From positions 178,361-198,360 of the forward strand of contig UYFQ01000373.1 in assembly GCA_900617105.1 (NCBI GenBank): DNA of 20,000 nucleotides. The letters are read 5' to 3'. The DNA is from Hydrurus foetidus (taxonomy: Eukaryota). Of this stretch, positions 11,573-20,000 are shown in pieces. Below the pieces are notes generated by a model. That model worked only from the letters and a program-made list of their open reading frames with translations. It was not told where the DNA came from and ran no database searches. Numbering within the stretch: position 1 is the first letter of the stretch; every line of letters starts with the position of its first letter. Made by a program: the position numbers and the translations under genes.

Positions 11573-13824
11573 AACAGTAGGACTTCAAGACGAGATAACC
11601 AATTTTTGTTGGCATGTTCAAGCGCCTTCAAATTTCGCATCATGTGAAACGGTCGACAATTTCTTTGGCTGCGTATCTCATACAGCAAGAACATCCTAAA
11701 TATTCCACAGATACCGGCTGACAAGTACGCTATACTCATGCATCGCTAGAATTCAGTGGGTGAAACAGTTGATTACAAATGTTCCAGATGTACTTAACTG
11801 ATTTGCGGAGAAAAATACATATAGCATGTATATCATAAACGATTCCTGATTACCAAATATTAGCTACTAAACACACAATGAGATATTAGAAGATTGGGCT
11901 AAATTGAATTCCATGATAGCATATCCAAGGCACTTTTGCGTGGAGTAGCCACTACTAGAAGCCCAAACTATTCCATTCTATATTCTACGGTATACCTAAC
12001 AAACCAACATACATCTTCTCTGTCTTGCACGAAATTCGTGAAGAACCCATTGTAAAAACTTCAGTTAAACTTTTCTTCACTGCCTCCTTTTCCTTCAAAT
12101 TCGGAAATCTTCAACACTTCATCAAAGATGTTACCCTCTCTGCGTATAAGGAAAAAACGATTCTCACTATTAAAACGAGCGCATCAGCATTCAGTCACGT
12201 GTGTTGAAACTAGAGCAAACTCATTATAAATCATGCGATTCCTTCTTCTTATACGTTGCCGGTAAAAACATCGTATAATAACATACTTAATGGAGTCATG
12301 CTCTGTATGCACTGTAACGAGGACATCACACACTTTCTGCAGAATACGAAATATGACGGTATCTGCGGTGCGTCCTTCGAAATTATTATGGAACACATTT
12401 GGCTGGTTCCAGTTCAACAAGCTGCACTTTGAGAACTTGGCGCCAATAGCAAATATCAACTGAAGAAACATCATCGATGTTTCACGGCTCTGTAAAAAAA
12501 TCTGAACACCGAACATAATAATTGGTGGATGTTCCACCTTACTTTAGAAAAAGGTAGGATTTTGCAGGGGCTCGTTTATTCCTTGGCAAGTTTTTTGCAC
12601 GTGGAATCACACGCACGTGTTGGTCTCGAGTCTTTCGAATCATTGAAATCGAATCGCATCATCGATCTCTCTTCTCCGTGATATTCTGCAGCCTTTGCAA
12701 CTGGAACATCTTGGTGGCGCTTGCCACGCCGAAGAAGAGGCGTCGGAGCTGAGGATTTCTTCCTTCTTCAGGATTTCTTGTGACTCGATCTTTCCATTCG
12801 TCTCCATGGTAATTGAAGCGTTGAATACTGACGATCTTTTGGACTGTGTGGATCGTTGTCACGACCTAAATTCGTTCACTGGATCGATATCTGCAGGATC
12901 GTACGGAAGTAAATTCACTTCCGTCTCATGTCTAGAGGACCGGTCGTGTATTCCGATGTCCGGAAGCCGCCCAATTTATCCATCAGCCTTTCAGCAGCTC
13001 TTCCGATATTGTTACATCATTCCTCTTTCTGAATCTGACTCTCTTGAATATGTTATCGTAATAACCATTTATAGGGATAACGCTGGCAAAATTTGAAACT
13101 TGCTGGCGTGAGCACAGGTGACGAAATCGGTAAATGGTTCTCTCCGGTGACCAAGCGGTCGTTTGCGGGGTCGCTTGCGGAGGAGGTATGTATCGACTTC
13201 AATTTTCATTTCAGTTATTTTTGATGCCACAATTCTTTATTCGCCATGTATTATCGATGTAGGTTGAATCGTGTGCTTCGGTGGAGTAATTGAACTGGCG
13301 GCTCATTCACTTTGTAGCTTCTATAACTTTGTAGCTCATTTCACCCTGATGTCACTTATTTCTCACTGCGTAATTTTAAGATTTTTAAACATTATGCCAT
13401 CTACATTCTTTACTTTATTAATCTGTCCGCTGAGCATTGCAAGCACTGTCAGGATGGCATCAGTTATTATTTTGCAAGCATGCGGAAAATCGTGAAAAAA
13501 GCCTCTCGAGTAGGTAGCACAACAGGGACTCGATAACTACGTCTGTATAGAACAAACTTATTTGAAACGGCAAAAAGGAATAGTGGAACCAATCAGATCA
13601 ACCGAAGTGTGTAGTAATTTGTCGGCAATGGCTTCACGAAGATGAGGCACAATAGCGACACTAATGCGGTGACTTATATCAAAGTCATTGAGTTCTACAA
13701 TTTTTGGCACCACCGAGGAGTACGTAATGAGCTACGTCACGACTCTCTGCGTTCTCAAAGCGAAAGATGTGCTTTGAAGCTTATATTTCATTAGTTATTT
13801 GGTTTAATATGTGCAGACTTAGTT

Positions 13825-14028
13825 ATTGCTGCATAGAATGAGATCGCATCTTAGAGCGTGTCCTCCTTCTTCGCTCTCTTCGCTTGGATGAAGGCATCGC
13901 TTGAGAGCACCTCGACTTCGTCGTCGATTGCTGCATAGAATGAGATCGCATCTTAGAGCGTGTCCTCCTTCTTCGCTCTCTTCGCTTGGATGAAGGCATC
14001 GCTTGAGAGCACCTCGACTTCGTCGTCG
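13825..14028. repeat. Perfect 102-bp tandem duplication (2 copies)
   Basis: 13825-13926 is identical to 13927-14028. It covers the last ~24 codons, the stop and the start of the 3' UTR of the minus-strand OB-fold-like gene. Confidence 0.95.
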
Positions 14029-14649
14029 AATCCGTCGGGTTCTTGATCGCCGGCAAGCGATGCCCAACTGCTCGGATTCTGCAGCACGATATCGTGTACT
14101 CTGAAGCGACCGCAAACGTAGTCAACCGGCCTTGGCATCGCTGCTGTCGTCAGCATCAAGTCTTTTTTTGGTGACCCATCAGCTGTGCCCAACACAAATT
14201 TGCGTTGAATGTGGAGGTTGTTGGCTTGGTAGGTCGTTGGAGCCGTTTCAACGCATTGTAATAGGTTTCGGGCTACATTCGGTAGTGTGTAAACAGTTCC
14301 GTCAGGCCTGTTGTTTTTCCTTTGGCATGAATTTTAGTAATTTTACATGATAAATTTTGGGACAAAATACTTTTTTTGAGATGAGGAACTAATGTTACCT
14401 GAAGAAGCGTTCAGCTTGACCTGCATGTACGCCCCAATATTCGAAAAGGGTGAGCTTGCCGACCATATCGACAGTACTGAGGGCGTAGAGACGAGTGGCC
14501 CGCTTGCCATTAGGTGAATTCGAATCGTTCACGTTGAGGTCACCACACAGTGTTGAAGGTGTCGCTGCGAAGAAGAGGCATTCAGTTGCGTAGTCAAGGT
14601 CGGTGATCTCGGCCGCACGACTCGGAGCGCAGTTTCTTTTGGTGGACAT
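13953..14649 (-). CDS. Two-exon gene for a putative single OB-fold, RPA70-like ssDNA-binding protein (~201-205 aa)
   Basis: ATG at 14649; exon 1 14649-14399 ends AG|GTAACA; exon 2 starts at 14319 (or the in-frame alternative 14307) and runs to TAA at 13953, joining two listed ORFs in frame. The segment RLYALSTVDMVGKLTLFEYWGVHAGQAERFF...DGTVYTLPNV resembles the RPA OB-fold pattern (LxDxxGxxxxxxW/FxxxAxxF...GxVY). It has an acidic tail (DGFDDEVEV) and a basic NLS-like AKRAKK. Fold call is inference. Confidence 0.6.
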
Positions 14650-14879
14650 TGTTGGGTTGGGTTGTGGGTTGTCTGTATTTGAATTGTGAATGGAGCTGTG
14701 CAACTGTGCAACTGGATTCGTGTCGGACAAATGATTCCGATGAGTTGTAGGGAGATACGTACTGGATTCATGTTGAAGTGGCCAGATCCAATGAAATTCG
14801 AAGATATGTGATTTACGTGATTCCAATTTTTATCGTCGTGTGTGATGCAGATTGAAATCATAATGTTTCACACAATTTA
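14650..14879. promoter_or_regulatory. Putative bidirectional promoter between the OB-fold-like gene and RepHel
   Basis: 230-bp gap between divergent ATGs (14649 minus, 14880 plus). Contains the short repeats ctgtgcaa-ctgtgcaa and actggattc twice (14703-14718 region and 14761). Confidence 0.45.

Positions 14880-20000
<5,121 letters not shown>

Noticed and set aside
13819..14125. 102-bp repeat as a CRISPR array or as repeat-protein ORFs
   Set aside because: Only two adjacent copies with no spacer, in a eukaryotic context. The two longer ORFs are alternative frames of the OB-fold-like gene's end.
14650..14861. Upstream extensions of ORFs 14395..14826 and 14529..14861
   Set aside because: The first starts at a non-ATG codon and both run through the intergenic/promoter region; ATG 14649 is the more plausible eukaryotic start.

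Overview
Eukaryotic genomic window with spliceosomal GT-AG introns and two distinct halves. (1) Positions 1-10221, minus strand: a host gene reconstructed by hand as 22 phase-compatible exons (about 937 aa, running off the window edge). It encodes an N-terminal coiled coil, a run of Trp-containing Sfi1-like (centrin-binding type) repeats and a C-terminal coiled coil. Its introns are long, AT-rich and full of microsatellites. (2) About 10.5 kb to beyond 20000: a large intron-containing Helitron-like rolling-circle transposon. Its RepHel gene (14880->20000+, plus strand) has a Zn-finger/DUF6570-type region, HUH Rep motifs (FITF, VE|FQMRGTPHVH, YAAGYASK) and the start of a PIF1-like helicase (GEGGTGKS). 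Three features stand out. The RepHel N-terminus carries three ungapped ~68-aa repeats with PDZ-like character. A ~350-bp (TCA/GCA)n poly-Ser/Ala tract with a 1-nt frameshift lies inside the Rep N-terminal region. A spliced, divergently transcribed small OB-fold/RPA-like gene shares a 230-bp intergenic region with RepHel. About 3 kb of unexplained gene-like cargo with ~77-nt introns lies between that gene and the host gene. All domain calls come from visual motif recognition, not database searches.
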